NCBI GenBank assembly: GCA_038889075.1
Contig: JAWAHS010000002.1
Location: 298,224 to 362,223, forward strand
Length of the DNA stretch: 64,000 nt
Direction of reading: 5' to 3'
DNA from: Ignisphaera sp.
Lineage (GTDB): Archaea > Thermoproteota > Thermoprotei_A > Sulfolobales > Ignisphaeraceae
The notes beneath the pieces were generated by a model. That model was not told the origin of the DNA. It did not search any database and saw nothing but the letters and a program-made list of their open reading frames with translations. Within the stretch, counting starts at the first letter, position 1, and every line of letters begins with the position of its first letter. Made by a program: the position numbers and the translations under genes. Shown here one piece after another: positions 38,900 to 50,520 of the stretch.

Positions 38900-41122
38900 G
38901 TGTGTATGGATATCGAAAAGGTGATTGAAAATCTAAGTATTGAAGAGAAGATTAGATTGCTTGTTGGTGCAGGATTCTCTACAAAGGTTCCTGGTGCAGC
39001 TGGTGAAACTAGAGCTATTGAACGTCTAAATATACCATCTATTGTGTTGAGCGATGGGCCTGCTGGTGTAAGGATTCATCCTGTGAGATTTAAAGATGCT
39101 ACTACATACTATGCTACAGCTTTTCCAAATGAGGTGGTGCTTTCATCGACGTGGAATACAGCTCTCGTTGAATTGGTTGGGAGGGCTATTGGTGAAGAGG
39201 CTAGGGAATACGGTGTCGATGTTATGCTTTCACCTGGTCTAAACATGTATAGGGTTCCACTGTGTGGTAGAAACTTTGAGTATTTCTCTGAGGATCCACT
39301 GCTTGCCGGAGAGCTTGCAGCTGCCTATGTAAGAGGGGTTCAGTCCGTTGGTGTAGGTGCTACACTAAAGCATTTTGTTGCAAATGAGCAGGAGACAAAT
39401 CGTAGAATGGTAGATGTTGTTGTTAGTGAGAGGGCGCTGAGGGAGATATATCTAAGGGCTTTTGAGATCGCTATAGAGAGATCGAGGCCGTGGGCTGTTA
39501 TGGGAGCCTACAACAAACTCTATGGAAAGTACTGTGTACAGAATGAATGGCTCTTAACAAAGATTTTGAGAGGGGATCTGAAGTTCGATGGGCTTATCAT
39601 GACAGATTGGTTTGCTGGCGATAATCCTGTGGAGCAGATTAAGGCTGGTACAGATCTTATCATGCCGGGTGATGACAGTACTGTCCAAGCCCTTCTAGAG
39701 GCATATAGAAGGGGCGAACTGGATGGCAGGACCATAGATGCTAGAGCTCGAAAGGTTCTAGAGCTAATCTCAAAGACTCCAAAATACAAAGGGTATACAC
39801 CATCAAATAGACCAAACCTCGATGAACATGCAAAGATTGCATACGAAGCTGCTGTAGAAGGTGCGGTACTGCTAAAGAACGATAATGCACTTCCGATTGC
39901 TCCAGATAGAAGGGTTGCTATATTTGGTAGAGGCTCCTACCTAACCATTAAAGGTGGTCTCGGTAGTGGAGATACACATCCACGCTACGCCATATCTATA
40001 GTGGATGGGCTTAGGGAGAGGGGTGTTAAGCTCTACGAGGAGCTGGATAGAATCTATAGGGAGACCATCCTGCTGAAGTGGATTGGAGTCGATGTTTTAA
40101 GCTGGTTCAAACATTCGAGAGAGAATGCCATGAAGGAAGGCAATATACACGGAATTTCATGGATTCTCACAGACTTCATAGAGAGCATAATGGCGCACCA
40201 AGCTGGGGTATTTATACCAGAGAACTTCCTAGGTGACTGGATTATAGAGAAGGCTGCAAGGGAAAGCGATGTAGCTCTAATTACAATCTCTAGAGTATCT
40301 AGTGAGGGTTTTGATAGAAAGCCTACAAAAGGAGACTTCTATCTAAGAGACGACGAATACGAGCTCATCGCCAAGGTATCGGATATCTTTCACAGACACG
40401 GTAAGAAGGTTATTGTCATACTCAATGTACCTGGGCCGATAGAAATTGTAAGCTGGAGAGATCTAGTAGATGCTATACTGGTTATCTGGACACCTGGACA
40501 GGAAGCTGGTAGAGTAGCTGCAGATATAATCCTGGGAAGGGCTACTCCAAGCGGTAAGCTACCTCTAACATGGCCCTGCGACCTATATGAGATACCGGCG
40601 ATGAGGACATTCCCAGGTGAGCCTAGGGATAACCCACAGAGGGTTGTATATGAGGAGGGTATATATATCGGCTATAGATACTACGACACCTTTGCAGTAG
40701 AGCCTGCATATGAATTTGGCTACGGCCTCAGCTATACAACATTTGAATACGGAGACCTCTCAGTAGCGAGAGAAGGAGACAGTATTGTGGTAAAGTTAAA
40801 GGTTAGAAACAGCGGTAGATACCCAGGTAAAGAGGCTGTACAGATCTATATCAGGGCACCTAGGGGGAGAATAGAAAAACCCTTCCAAGAGCTAAAGGGA
40901 TTCCACAAAACAAAACTGCTAAACCCAGGCGAAGAAGAAGAGATAGCAATAAAAATACCGCTAAAGTATCTAGCAAGCTTCAGCGGCACCAAATGGATTA
41001 TTGAACAGGGAACCTACGAAATTAGAGTAGGAGCATCATCCAGAGACATAAGACTCGCCACAACAATCACAATAGAAAGTGATATATGCTTCAACACAGA
41101 CTGGAGTACAACACACTGCTAG
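38900..41122 (+). CDS. Glycoside hydrolase family 3 beta-glucosidase/xylosidase
   Basis: SDGPAG, GRNFEYFSEDP, KHF, MTDW, YEFGYGLSYTTF; Fn3-like tail. Confidence 0.95.
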   Translation: MCMDIEKVIENLSIEEKIRLLVGAGFSTKVPGAAGETRAIERLNIPSIVLSDGPAGVRIHPVRFKDATTYYATAFPNEVVLSSTWNTALVELVGRAIGEEAREYGVDVMLSPGLNMYRVPLCGRNFEYFSEDPLLAGELAAAYVRGVQSVGVGATLKHFVANEQETNRRMVDVVVSERALREIYLRAFEIAIERSRPWAVMGAYNKLYGKYCVQNEWLLTKILRGDLKFDGLIMTDWFAGDNPVEQIKAGTDLIMPGDDSTVQALLEAYRRGELDGRTIDARARKVLELISKTPKYKGYTPSNRPNLDEHAKIAYEAAVEGAVLLKNDNALPIAPDRRVAIFGRGSYLTIKGGLGSGDTHPRYAISIVDGLRERGVKLYEELDRIYRETILLKWIGVDVLSWFKHSRENAMKEGNIHGISWILTDFIESIMAHQAGVFIPENFLGDWIIEKAARESDVALITISRVSSEGFDRKPTKGDFYLRDDEYELIAKVSDIFHRHGKKVIVILNVPGPIEIVSWRDLVDAILVIWTPGQEAGRVAADIILGRATPSGKLPLTWPCDLYEIPAMRTFPGEPRDNPQRVVYEEGIYIGYRYYDTFAVEPAYEFGYGLSYTTFEYGDLSVAREGDSIVVKLKVRNSGRYPGKEAVQIYIRAPRGRIEKPFQELKGFHKTKLLNPGEEEEIAIKIPLKYLASFSGTKWIIEQGTYEIRVGASSRDIRLATTITIESDICFNTDWSTTHC

Positions 41123-41309
41123 CCAATTATAGTAAACATGTACAATAATTTTTAGCAATATTCTATCCCTAGATTTTTCCACTAATCATAGTCTGTGTTA
41201 CATTAAAAACTGTTAATACTCAATTCATATCGGTAATTTGTTCTATAGCTCGCCAATCTGCTATTGGTACTCCTTAGGTGTGTAACCAGGAATAGCATTA
41301 CCTAAGTCC

Positions 41310-41795
41310 CTACATATCTACGGCTTCATTTATAATATCTTTGGCATCTCTATGCTTTCTCCTATATGCATAAATAGATATGGAGATGGATACTACCGTA
41401 AATATTGTTGAAAATACGACAGAATACAAAAGTATATCCAGTAAGGTCTTAGAGGAAAGCAACCCCCAGGCTATTGAGATATACCAAGCTATAGAGAAGC
41501 ATACCCCTAATTGGAAAAACCATAGAAAGAGGTATACCTTTGACGATATTTTATATATTTTAGAAACAACTATCATAACTACAGCTACTACTATGTATAG
41601 GAGAGGTAGCAGGTTAAAGTTAACTGTAAAAGCGTATCGGACTGACATTAAGACTATGATAAAGTTAAGTGATGTAATCAAGGTGAGAGACCATAGAATC
41701 AGACCAACCATGAATATCCGTTTCATCATGTTCATCAACTTCCAGCTGCAACTATTGCAGACCTTATAAATATGCTTATGTTTGAGTATTTTCAA
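41310..41795 (-). CDS. Hypothetical membrane protein (4 TM)
   Basis: Hydrophobic ORF between GH3 and GH51; true start probably ~20 codons downstream. Confidence 0.55.
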   Translation of the reverse strand: MKILKHKHIYKVCNSCSWKLMNMMKRIFMVGLILWSLTLITSLNFIIVLMSVRYAFTVNFNLLPLLYIVVAVVMIVVSKIYKISSKVYLFLWFFQLGVCFSIAWYISIAWGLLSSKTLLDILLYSVVFSTIFTVVSISISIYAYRRKHRDAKDIINEAVDM

Positions 41796-41835
41796 TTCTA
41801 CTGCTACTATAGTATCTTAGTCGAAGGTGGTTTGA

Positions 41836-43296
41836 ATAAAAAGTCATGTATATGTTAATACAGCATCTACTATTGCTCCATTGGATAGGAGGATATACGG
41901 ACAGTTCATAGAGCATCTTGGTAGATGTATCTATGGCGGCATATGGATAGGTGAAGCCTCTAGAATACCTAATGTAAGGGGTTATAGGCTTGATGTACTG
42001 AATGCCGTAAAGGGTATTAGGATGCCTATATCTAGATGGCCTGGAGGAAACTTTGCATCACAATATCACTGGATGGATGGTATAGGTCCTAGGGAGCAGA
42101 GGCCAAAGAGATATGATTTAGCCTGGGGTCAGGAGGAACCCAATGAATTTGGTACAGATGAGTATATCAAATGGGTTAAAATAATCGGGGCCGAGCCTTA
42201 CATAGTTGTCAATGCTGGTAATGGTACTCCAGAGGAGGCAGCTGCCTGGGTTGAGTATTGCAATTCATCGAGAGATACATACCATGCCTTACTGAGGAAG
42301 AGATATGGAAATAGTGAGCCCTATAATGTGAGGCTGTGGGGTATAGGTAACGAACTGTATGGTAGGTGGCAGGTAGGATTCTGTAGAGATGGAGAAGAGT
42401 GTGGATGGAGAACAGTGCAGTTTGCAGACCATATGAGGAGGATAGACCCAGAGATAAAGCTGGTCGCTGTGGGGGTTGATAATGATACTGAGTGGAATGC
42501 CGATATTGTGAGAACAGCGGGTAGCTACATAGATTACCTCTCGATACATACCTATATATTTACTGATAGACAGGGTAAGACGTATGATGAGCTGGTTGCA
42601 TGGCCTATATACATTGAGGAGAACCTCAAACATATCTACCATACAGTTGAACAGGTGAAGGCTAAGTATAAGATTAAGAGAGACATAAAGCTCGCATTTG
42701 ATGAATGGAATGTGTGGTATCCAGAGGCACAGCCTCCACATCTAGTACAGCTAACAAGCATTAAAGATGCCGTATTTACAGGTCTGGTGTTAAATTCTCT
42801 ACAAAGGCTGGTTAGGATGGTGCCAATAGCCTGCTTTGCACAGACGGTCAATGTATTACCACTTATAGTCACAGACGATGAGGGACGCATGGTACTATCT
42901 CCACAGTACTATGTATTTAAGTTGTATACTGAGGCTATAGAGGGGGATGTAATATCAACTACGGTATTCTCACCATCATATACCTCTAGAGAGCTTGACA
43001 GAGAGATACCATTTATAGATGCTTCAGCAGTATTTACACGCAGTAAAAATATGCTATACCTATACATAGTAAATAGACATCCGGAGGAATCAGCAGAAAT
43101 TACACTCCACATAAAAGACTTTACACCATCGATCGTCAGACACAGATACTTGGCTGGAACAGGTATAGACGATAGAAACACCTTCGATAATCCAGATAGT
43201 GTAGCAATAGAGGAGAAAAGCTATACGCTATCTGTATCACAGGTAGTAGGTATTCCGCCACATTCAATCAACCTACTTATACTAACAAAACCGTAA
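41836..43296 (+). CDS. abfA: GH51 alpha-L-arabinofuranosidase; start extended to a probable ATA
   Basis: YGQFIEHLGRCIYGG, RWPGGNF, GNE, DEWN, AQTVN. Confidence 0.93.
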   Translation: MKSHVYVNTASTIAPLDRRIYGQFIEHLGRCIYGGIWIGEASRIPNVRGYRLDVLNAVKGIRMPISRWPGGNFASQYHWMDGIGPREQRPKRYDLAWGQEEPNEFGTDEYIKWVKIIGAEPYIVVNAGNGTPEEAAAWVEYCNSSRDTYHALLRKRYGNSEPYNVRLWGIGNELYGRWQVGFCRDGEECGWRTVQFADHMRRIDPEIKLVAVGVDNDTEWNADIVRTAGSYIDYLSIHTYIFTDRQGKTYDELVAWPIYIEENLKHIYHTVEQVKAKYKIKRDIKLAFDEWNVWYPEAQPPHLVQLTSIKDAVFTGLVLNSLQRLVRMVPIACFAQTVNVLPLIVTDDEGRMVLSPQYYVFKLYTEAIEGDVISTTVFSPSYTSRELDREIPFIDASAVFTRSKNMLYLYIVNRHPEESAEITLHIKDFTPSIVRHRYLAGTGIDDRNTFDNPDSVAIEEKSYTLSVSQVVGIPPHSINLLILTKP

Positions 43297-43539
43297 TACA
43301 CTATTTCTATTACCATACCGATCTATTTACATGGTAATAGAATCGGTAGATTAGCAACTACATAGCTACCGCACATTCTATCTACTTTGTAACTATAAGC
43401 TTTGAAGAGGTTTTATATGTAGCGTAGCCCTAGCAACTTTAATTGCATTGCTATGGTCCTTTCGATAATGTTCATTTTTTGAAGTCCTAGAGTGAAGCAT
43501 TATAGAGATCGGTATTTATTACATTGTTTGGCTAAAGTT

Positions 43540-44481
43540 TTATTCTCTGGGAAATTCCACATCAATTGTTATTGCATATCTTCTGGGTGCACCAACAATG
43601 TTTAGTACAAAGTCTACGGTTCTTGTCTTTCCTCTAAGTTCCTCCATGAAGTCGCTGAGTATCTGTACTTGTGCTTCTAGAGTTTTTGATTCACCTGGCA
43701 TTACAGTTTCTCTTAAGGTGGGTGCTAGCCATCCTATTACAGTTTCAGTCCCAGTCAACTCTATGCCGACGCCATTTAGTATAAGCGGTACATCCCCAGT
43801 GTTATCTATTTCAAGCTTTAGAGGCCCGCTCCATGAAGGCCATCTGTTGGGTGTAATGGATGCATTGAGCGCCATTTTGAAGGTAAAGCTTTTATCGAAT
43901 AACACGGTATAGTTGTTATATGGACCTTTTAGCCACACAACGACTCTGTATACTCCTTCTAGGCATATCTTCTCCCACCATTCGGTCGGTATATATATGT
44001 CTAGCGTCATTGTCCCTGGAAGGTATCTGAATTGCGATACGATCTCTTCATAGTTGCCGGGCTTGTAGATTCTATCCTGGGGACTGCCATCTGGGAGAGT
44101 TATATTGAAGCGGCCCAACCAGAAGCTATACACACCATTGATCTCAATCTTATTCCGCAGATCGACCTCACCAAGGATCTTGATTCTCCAATACAGCTCA
44201 TCATCTACAAATACAAACCCCTCTGAAACAATATCTGTTACTCTCGGCTGGACGGGAGCTGCTGTAGAAGTTGGTGATACAGTTGCTGTATGGGTAGACA
44301 GTGTAGTAGTGGTGGTTGTTGTCTGCACCGCTGTGGTTACCGTAGTCTGCGGAGCTGTGGTTGTTATAGACTGTATTACGGTCGCAATTGGTGGTGCTGG
44401 TTTTGTTAGGTAGTAGATGGCTCCGGCTGAGATGGCTAGTATAGCTACTATGGCTAGGATTACAGTTCTTAATCCCACCAA
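43540..44481 (-). CDS. Membrane-anchored surface protein with Thr-rich linker and Ig-like domains
   Basis: N-terminal TM, poly-Thr stalk, NTGDVPL...PGES Ig-like signature. Confidence 0.7.
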   Translation of the reverse strand: MVGLRTVILAIVAILAISAGAIYYLTKPAPPIATVIQSITTTAPQTTVTTAVQTTTTTTTLSTHTATVSPTSTAAPVQPRVTDIVSEGFVFVDDELYWRIKILGEVDLRNKIEINGVYSFWLGRFNITLPDGSPQDRIYKPGNYEEIVSQFRYLPGTMTLDIYIPTEWWEKICLEGVYRVVVWLKGPYNNYTVLFDKSFTFKMALNASITPNRWPSWSGPLKLEIDNTGDVPLILNGVGIELTGTETVIGWLAPTLRETVMPGESKTLEAQVQILSDFMEELRGKTRTVDFVLNIVGAPRRYAITIDVEFPRE

Positions 44482-44539
44482 TCTACATCACCTGGAGACA
44501 TGGATATGTATATATGTATATACGAACTCCATTCAACAT

Positions 44540-47464
44540 CTATACACCTCTTACAAAAATCCTGGACTTTACAATAGCTATAGCTGCTATAGCGATTACC
44601 GCTATAGATATCGCTGCAACCAGTATCGATATAGAGATGGGGTAGCCCTGCTGCTGGGCTGCTGTAGTGGTTTGTATAGCTGTTATCGATGTAGTAGCTA
44701 GTGTTGGTGATGTGTATGTATGTGTAGGGGTCTGAGTAACGGTCTCTTTGGTGGATAGATGTACTGTTAATGTTGAGCTTTTCTGTATACAGCTGTATGT
44801 AAGGCGGAACCTTATAGCATCACTAAATGCCGTTTCGTTTATCTCTCTAAATTCTACCAATTTTCCATCAATGGTAGCTGACTTAACCACTAGGCCAAGC
44901 TGCTTTGGTAGTGTAAGAATGATGTATCCGGTGCGTCCAGGTACACCCTCTATAGCTAGCCTAATTTCATAGGGTAGGCCGGAGCTATCTATCTCTCTAA
45001 CGGTTGTATTAGAAACTACTGTAATCTCCATTGGTTCGGTTGTTGGAAGCCTAATGGTGTATGTGTATATCTTCTGCTGCTCTACAGATGAGATGTAGCC
45101 TAGTGGAACGAGCCTCCACGCCCTCATATAGGATACATTGGCTATAGTAAACACAAAGATGTCTATAGGTAGCGGTGCTGCACCCCCTAACGATATGCTG
45201 TACATCGGCCTATACCCCTCTACTGCCTTATCCAGCCCATGCTTCTTTATATTATCGGCAGTTACCATGTATAGGGTAACCTTTGTGTTGTTAAGCCCCG
45301 GCTCGCTCTCCGATACTAATATCCCTTCACCTGCCTTCTCTGTAGAGATAATCTCATAATTTGCTATAGGCATGGGCTCCAGATCAAATACAGCTCCCTC
45401 AACTATACCCGCACTTTTTAGAGACTCTCCAACCCTTAGATTTCCAAATTTCTGAAGCTGTGAGATAACCAGTTTTGCTGGCTGGCGGTAGACTATGTTA
45501 GCAGGATCTCCAACTCTAAAAACTGCTACACCTCTTTTTGGAGGAAAGCCACCGTCTCTAGCTGTAAGGGGTGTGAACCAGAGGGTGCCATTTGCCTGAT
45601 ACAGTCTCCCTGAACCACCATCGTAGTAGTCTATGTATATATCGTTTGTATAGAATGTAGCCTCACCTACATAGCTAGCCAACACCTCTATACCATCTAT
45701 ATAGAATGGGACTCCTGATACAGTAGCCCTCTTCCAGTCTATCGAAACATTGCTGTAGAGATATGCTTTGAATAACACACCCTGTATTTCATATGGTCCT
45801 GCTGTAGGTAGTACATAGTATACCTCGGGCTCTGTCTGCTTTCTGTACTCTGTAGTAAACCAGAGCTCATATGATCTAACTATATTTGAGCTGTTGATTC
45901 CTCTAATCCCCCGTGTTAGTATGATGTTGTAGCTGGAGCCGTACTCTAGATGGTAGCTTGGGTAGATGAAGAGGGTGGTGTTGTCTGGGCTCAATCTATA
46001 TCTAAAGTATTCGAAGAATGGTACCTCAGCCCAGTTTAGATAGACTATAATCGAATTTGTATATGGTGGGAGGGAGCCTCTATCTATAGGTCTGCTGAAT
46101 TCTATAGATATATTTACAGTAGCTGGATACCTCTCCCCATGTGGAAGCTCTGAGATGACCTCAGGTACACTGTAGTAGTCAAGAGCTATTCCACCCACAT
46201 ATATACCACCATATTCAAGCTTCCAAACACCAGCTCCAAAGTATTTATCTAGAAGGTTCTCCCATGGAGGATTGCCGCAGAAGTTTATTATATTAGTTGA
46301 AAGTCCTGTGGAGTCCGTCAGCCCTATGAAGTGGGTCCAGATATAGATGTAGTCTCCGGAGCCGGGTTCTATATACATGTTTTTGAAGACTACCCTCTCG
46401 GTACCATTTATAATCCTGTCGTATGATAGGCTCATAGCCATCTCTATCCATTCAATGATATCTGGAACGTATGGGAGGAATCTCAGCATAGCCCTTCCAA
46501 CAGGCGATTTCACTAGCTCTATACCGTAGTCCGTTATCAGATCGAGCAGTATATCTTCAACTCTATCGGCTGCGAATCCTGTAGCAAGCTCCACAATACC
46601 ACCTCCCCCCTTCTCGTAGAAGAGGGTCTGGTACTCGGGATCCGATACAGCTTTGCTTACCTCGGATGACTGTTCAACACCTATATCTAGCTTAATTGTG
46701 TACCTCCCTGTGCCATATGTACTCTTAGGAGCTATGTTGAAGCCCCCCATATACCCTACATCTATATACATATCAACAGGGCCAACCATATCGGGTCTAA
46801 AGGCCCTTCCATAGTAGTAGGCTACACCACTCGAGGATTTGTAAACCCCTGTAGCTACTCCATGGGATACTGCAGCCACCTTTAGCTCGCCGTTGTATGG
46901 ATTTACATCACCTGTGTAGTACGTTCCATAGCTGTACCTTTCATCTTTTAGCGACCAGTAGAATGCTGTTATATTTAATGGCTCTATCCACGACTTCTCT
47001 ATATATAGCCTGGGGTATCCATGGTCTGAATAGAGCTCTAGTGTAACAAACTGTATATATGTAGCGTTTGGAAATATATAGTATACTACGTGGAGACCTC
47101 TGGTAGTACCCCTTCCATCACTCTCGTAGCCGATCTTGGTATATCCAACGATAGCATATCTATACTCTGTCTCAGAATCGTGTATAGATAGTGTAGCCCC
47201 CTCTACCATAATCTTAATACTATCGCTATTGATATCGCCTACAGAATCCATATAGAGAACAAGCCTTATAGCATTTGCCACACTACGTAGAGTAAACCTA
47301 TATTTAGAGATGCTGACTCCTTCAGAAACCACACTCCACCCAGAACCCTCGGCAGAAATGCGAATCGGGCTATCTATAGCTATAAAGGGTAGGAGTACAC
47401 CCATAGATACAAATATAGTAGATAGAATAGATAGCAGGGATGGCCCGGCTCCACGGCCAGCCAT
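44540..47464 (-). CDS. Large secreted cell-surface protein with Big_5-like Ig domain, Thr-rich stalk and C-terminal TM anchor
   Basis: ATG at 47464 follows GGTGGTG and precedes a signal peptide; ISIEFSRPID...L..GSSY...FTT; C-terminal TM + basic tail. Confidence 0.72.
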   Translation of the reverse strand: MAGRGAGPSLLSILSTIFVSMGVLLPFIAIDSPIRISAEGSGWSVVSEGVSISKYRFTLRSVANAIRLVLYMDSVGDINSDSIKIMVEGATLSIHDSETEYRYAIVGYTKIGYESDGRGTTRGLHVVYYIFPNATYIQFVTLELYSDHGYPRLYIEKSWIEPLNITAFYWSLKDERYSYGTYYTGDVNPYNGELKVAAVSHGVATGVYKSSSGVAYYYGRAFRPDMVGPVDMYIDVGYMGGFNIAPKSTYGTGRYTIKLDIGVEQSSEVSKAVSDPEYQTLFYEKGGGGIVELATGFAADRVEDILLDLITDYGIELVKSPVGRAMLRFLPYVPDIIEWIEMAMSLSYDRIINGTERVVFKNMYIEPGSGDYIYIWTHFIGLTDSTGLSTNIINFCGNPPWENLLDKYFGAGVWKLEYGGIYVGGIALDYYSVPEVISELPHGERYPATVNISIEFSRPIDRGSLPPYTNSIIVYLNWAEVPFFEYFRYRLSPDNTTLFIYPSYHLEYGSSYNIILTRGIRGINSSNIVRSYELWFTTEYRKQTEPEVYYVLPTAGPYEIQGVLFKAYLYSNVSIDWKRATVSGVPFYIDGIEVLASYVGEATFYTNDIYIDYYDGGSGRLYQANGTLWFTPLTARDGGFPPKRGVAVFRVGDPANIVYRQPAKLVISQLQKFGNLRVGESLKSAGIVEGAVFDLEPMPIANYEIISTEKAGEGILVSESEPGLNNTKVTLYMVTADNIKKHGLDKAVEGYRPMYSISLGGAAPLPIDIFVFTIANVSYMRAWRLVPLGYISSVEQQKIYTYTIRLPTTEPMEITVVSNTTVREIDSSGLPYEIRLAIEGVPGRTGYIILTLPKQLGLVVKSATIDGKLVEFREINETAFSDAIRFRLTYSCIQKSSTLTVHLSTKETVTQTPTHTYTSPTLATTSITAIQTTTAAQQQGYPISISILVAAISIAVIAIAAIAIVKSRIFVRGV

Positions 47465-47764
47465 ATATACTACACCACCCATACAGCTACACAAACCATC
47501 TATGGACGGATCTATTCCAGCCATGAAAGGAGAAGCATATCCTTTAAAGCCCCATCCTAGGCCTGCATCAAGGAATACACTCCTCCAATAGATTAGATAG
47601 GTCACTAGTAGTATAAAAATTCATATGAAGTCGACTCCCTCTATATACCGAAAACATGCCACCTAATTGAAAATCCTTAGACGGGAAGCCGTGGACATGC
47701 ACCATCTTTAGGGTAGGGATGGCGGTAGGATTTATCGATGCTTCTAGCTATCTCCTGCTCTGGG

Positions 47765-48095
47765 CTAGATTTCGATTACTTCGTTTGGATCTATAAATCT
47801 CTTGTACCATTTTTTAAAAGATCCTTAAGATGCTGTGTGGAGCTCTATAGGTGCTTCAACCTCTCTATATACCTTCACCATTATTTCATATTTTCTGCCT
47901 ACGTCCTCTACCACTAAAGGATATCCATATCGCTAGCTGCTATATATCTTCCCCTAACAGTAGAGCTGAATACAAAGACCCTAGCTCTCGGATCAATGAC
48001 CTTAACAATCTCCTTAACCCTTACAGCCTACATCTCTAGAGCTCTTTAGGTAGTCTAGAGTTCTCAACTCATATGGCTTCGACAACTGGTTTTAA
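47765..48095 (-). pseudogene. Minimal nucleotidyltransferase (MNT) antitoxin pseudogene
   Basis: Fragments ARVFVFSSTVRGRYIAASDMDIL* / ...EAPIELHTAS*GSFKKWYKRFID with stops and frameshifts. Confidence 0.7.
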
Positions 48096-48101
48096 ACACC
48101 T

Positions 48102-48457
48102 CTAAAACAAAGGATACTCTATATCTCTAACCTCGGAGATCTCATATTCTATCGGTAGATATCTCGATGCTATGTACACCTCTTCAGGTCTAACAATATA
48201 GTGTAGATTTCTAACATCGTTTACAAGTACAAGAATTCTCGAATCTATTTCACCAAGTTCATGGATAAGCCTTCTTAGGAAGAGTGTTGTGCTATAGCTA
48301 TTCCTTCTAACAAGTAGCTTATAGTTGAGGATAAGCTGGCAGTACTGCTCTAAGCTAAATATAGCTAGATCAGCCTCCCCTTCATTAAGGAGATTCACAG
48401 CATTTCTAAGAAAGGCCTTGCTCTTCTTTTCGAAACCTCAGCTTCTTCAAAACTCAA
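48102..48457 (-). pseudogene. HEPN toxin pseudogene
   Basis: MSFEEAEVSKRRA frameshifted onto AFLRNAVNLLNEGEADLAIFSLEQYCQL; YIASRY. Confidence 0.7.
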
Positions 48458-48593
48458 GCTATAGCACCACACCTCTTTCCTGATCTAAAAATGTTTGTGT
48501 TTTCTAGGTCGAGATTCTATTCCGTGTTTTCAGAAGGCAGAAGCTAAAATTTATTATATGTACAGCTCTGGGCTACTTTAAGGGGCTACAGTC

Positions 48594-49342
<749 letters not shown>

Positions 49343-49678
49343 ACACAACAGTAGAAATACAATAGACTTCAAAAAGAAAAAGACATAGATAATAGATAAA
49401 CCCTATCCTTAAAACTACCGCCTCTAAGCTAATCAATTGCATGGCTAAATCCAGAAGAAGCTCCATCACAAAAGCGACCACTAGCAGAAGCTACATACAG
49501 TATACCAAAAAATGGAAATCTGGCCACCATACCACAAGCGCAGAGCCACAATATTCATCCAGAAATCTACATAGTGTATGGGGGTGTGCTATCGGGGGAA
49601 TTCCAGTGGTTTGGTGGCGGTTTCAGCTGTCTGTGGTGGTGGATTCTGCGATAGACTTTGAGCTTTCGGTGCGAAAGC

Positions 49679-50458
49679 ATGCTATTTGATCCAAAGCCCA
49701 AGAGGAGAAGGGAGGATCTGTACAACTTTGATGAGGGGTTAGCTATGTTGAGAAAGTTCTTTGGAGAACCGCTTACTGTTGTTATAGAGCTTAGGAGAAC
49801 CGGTAAAACATCGCTGATACTAACAGCTTTAGAGGAGGCCACCACCCCGTATCTTTTCATAGATCTAAGGAGTGTTGTAAGACCTTGGAGGGAGTTCTAC
49901 GAATTGCTATCGTATTGTTTAACAGATTTTCTATTGAGAATTTCAAGAGTTAGGGGCTTCTATGAGTATCTTCAGAGGATTTTAAGTGTTATTAAGGGTA
50001 TTTCTATATCTGGATTTAGTGTTGAGTTTAGCTTGGATAGGGATAGACCAACTCCTACACAGATATTTACAGCTATAGATAATGTCGCTGAAGAGTATGG
50101 CACCAAGGTTTTGATAGTCTTTGATGAGGATTCAGAGGGCTACCGGGGTCATTGGTTCTGCTATTCAGAGCAGCATTGCCTATGTCTATGACCATCTAAA
50201 GAATATCTCGTTTATTTTCAGTGGTTCGGAGATGGGGTGTTGTATTTCTTTCTAAAGGATCCAGAGGTACCACTCTATGGAAGAGCATATCTAGAGGTTA
50301 GAACTAGAAGGTTGTCTAGATACGAATCCATTGGTTTTCTAGAGAGGGGTTTTAGCGAATTGAATTATAGGGCTTCTAGAGAGGAGCTAGAGAAGCAGAG
50401 GTTTAAGTTAAAACATGGAGGTATGAGCTGGTCTCTATCTTCAGATAGAAGTTGTTGA
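49679..50458 (+). pseudogene. Archaeal AAA+ ATPase (ATPase_2 family) pseudogene
   Basis: MLFDPKPK..EDLY, degenerate Walker A ELRRTGKTS, Walker B VFDE then frameshift; PLYGR fragment; truncated. Confidence 0.75.
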
Positions 50459-50520
50459 AGTATTTTTATTGAGGAGACTGGTTAATCGATTTAACATCAA
50501 TCTATCTCCTAATACAGTCT

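Noticed and set aside
47465-47605. N-terminal 47 codons of the 1021-aa ORF
   Set aside because: RBS and signal peptide point to ATG 47464 as the start
47696-47730. Additional copy of the hairpin repeat
   Set aside because: Only the central ctttagggtaggg resembles the consensus; ends are not recognisable
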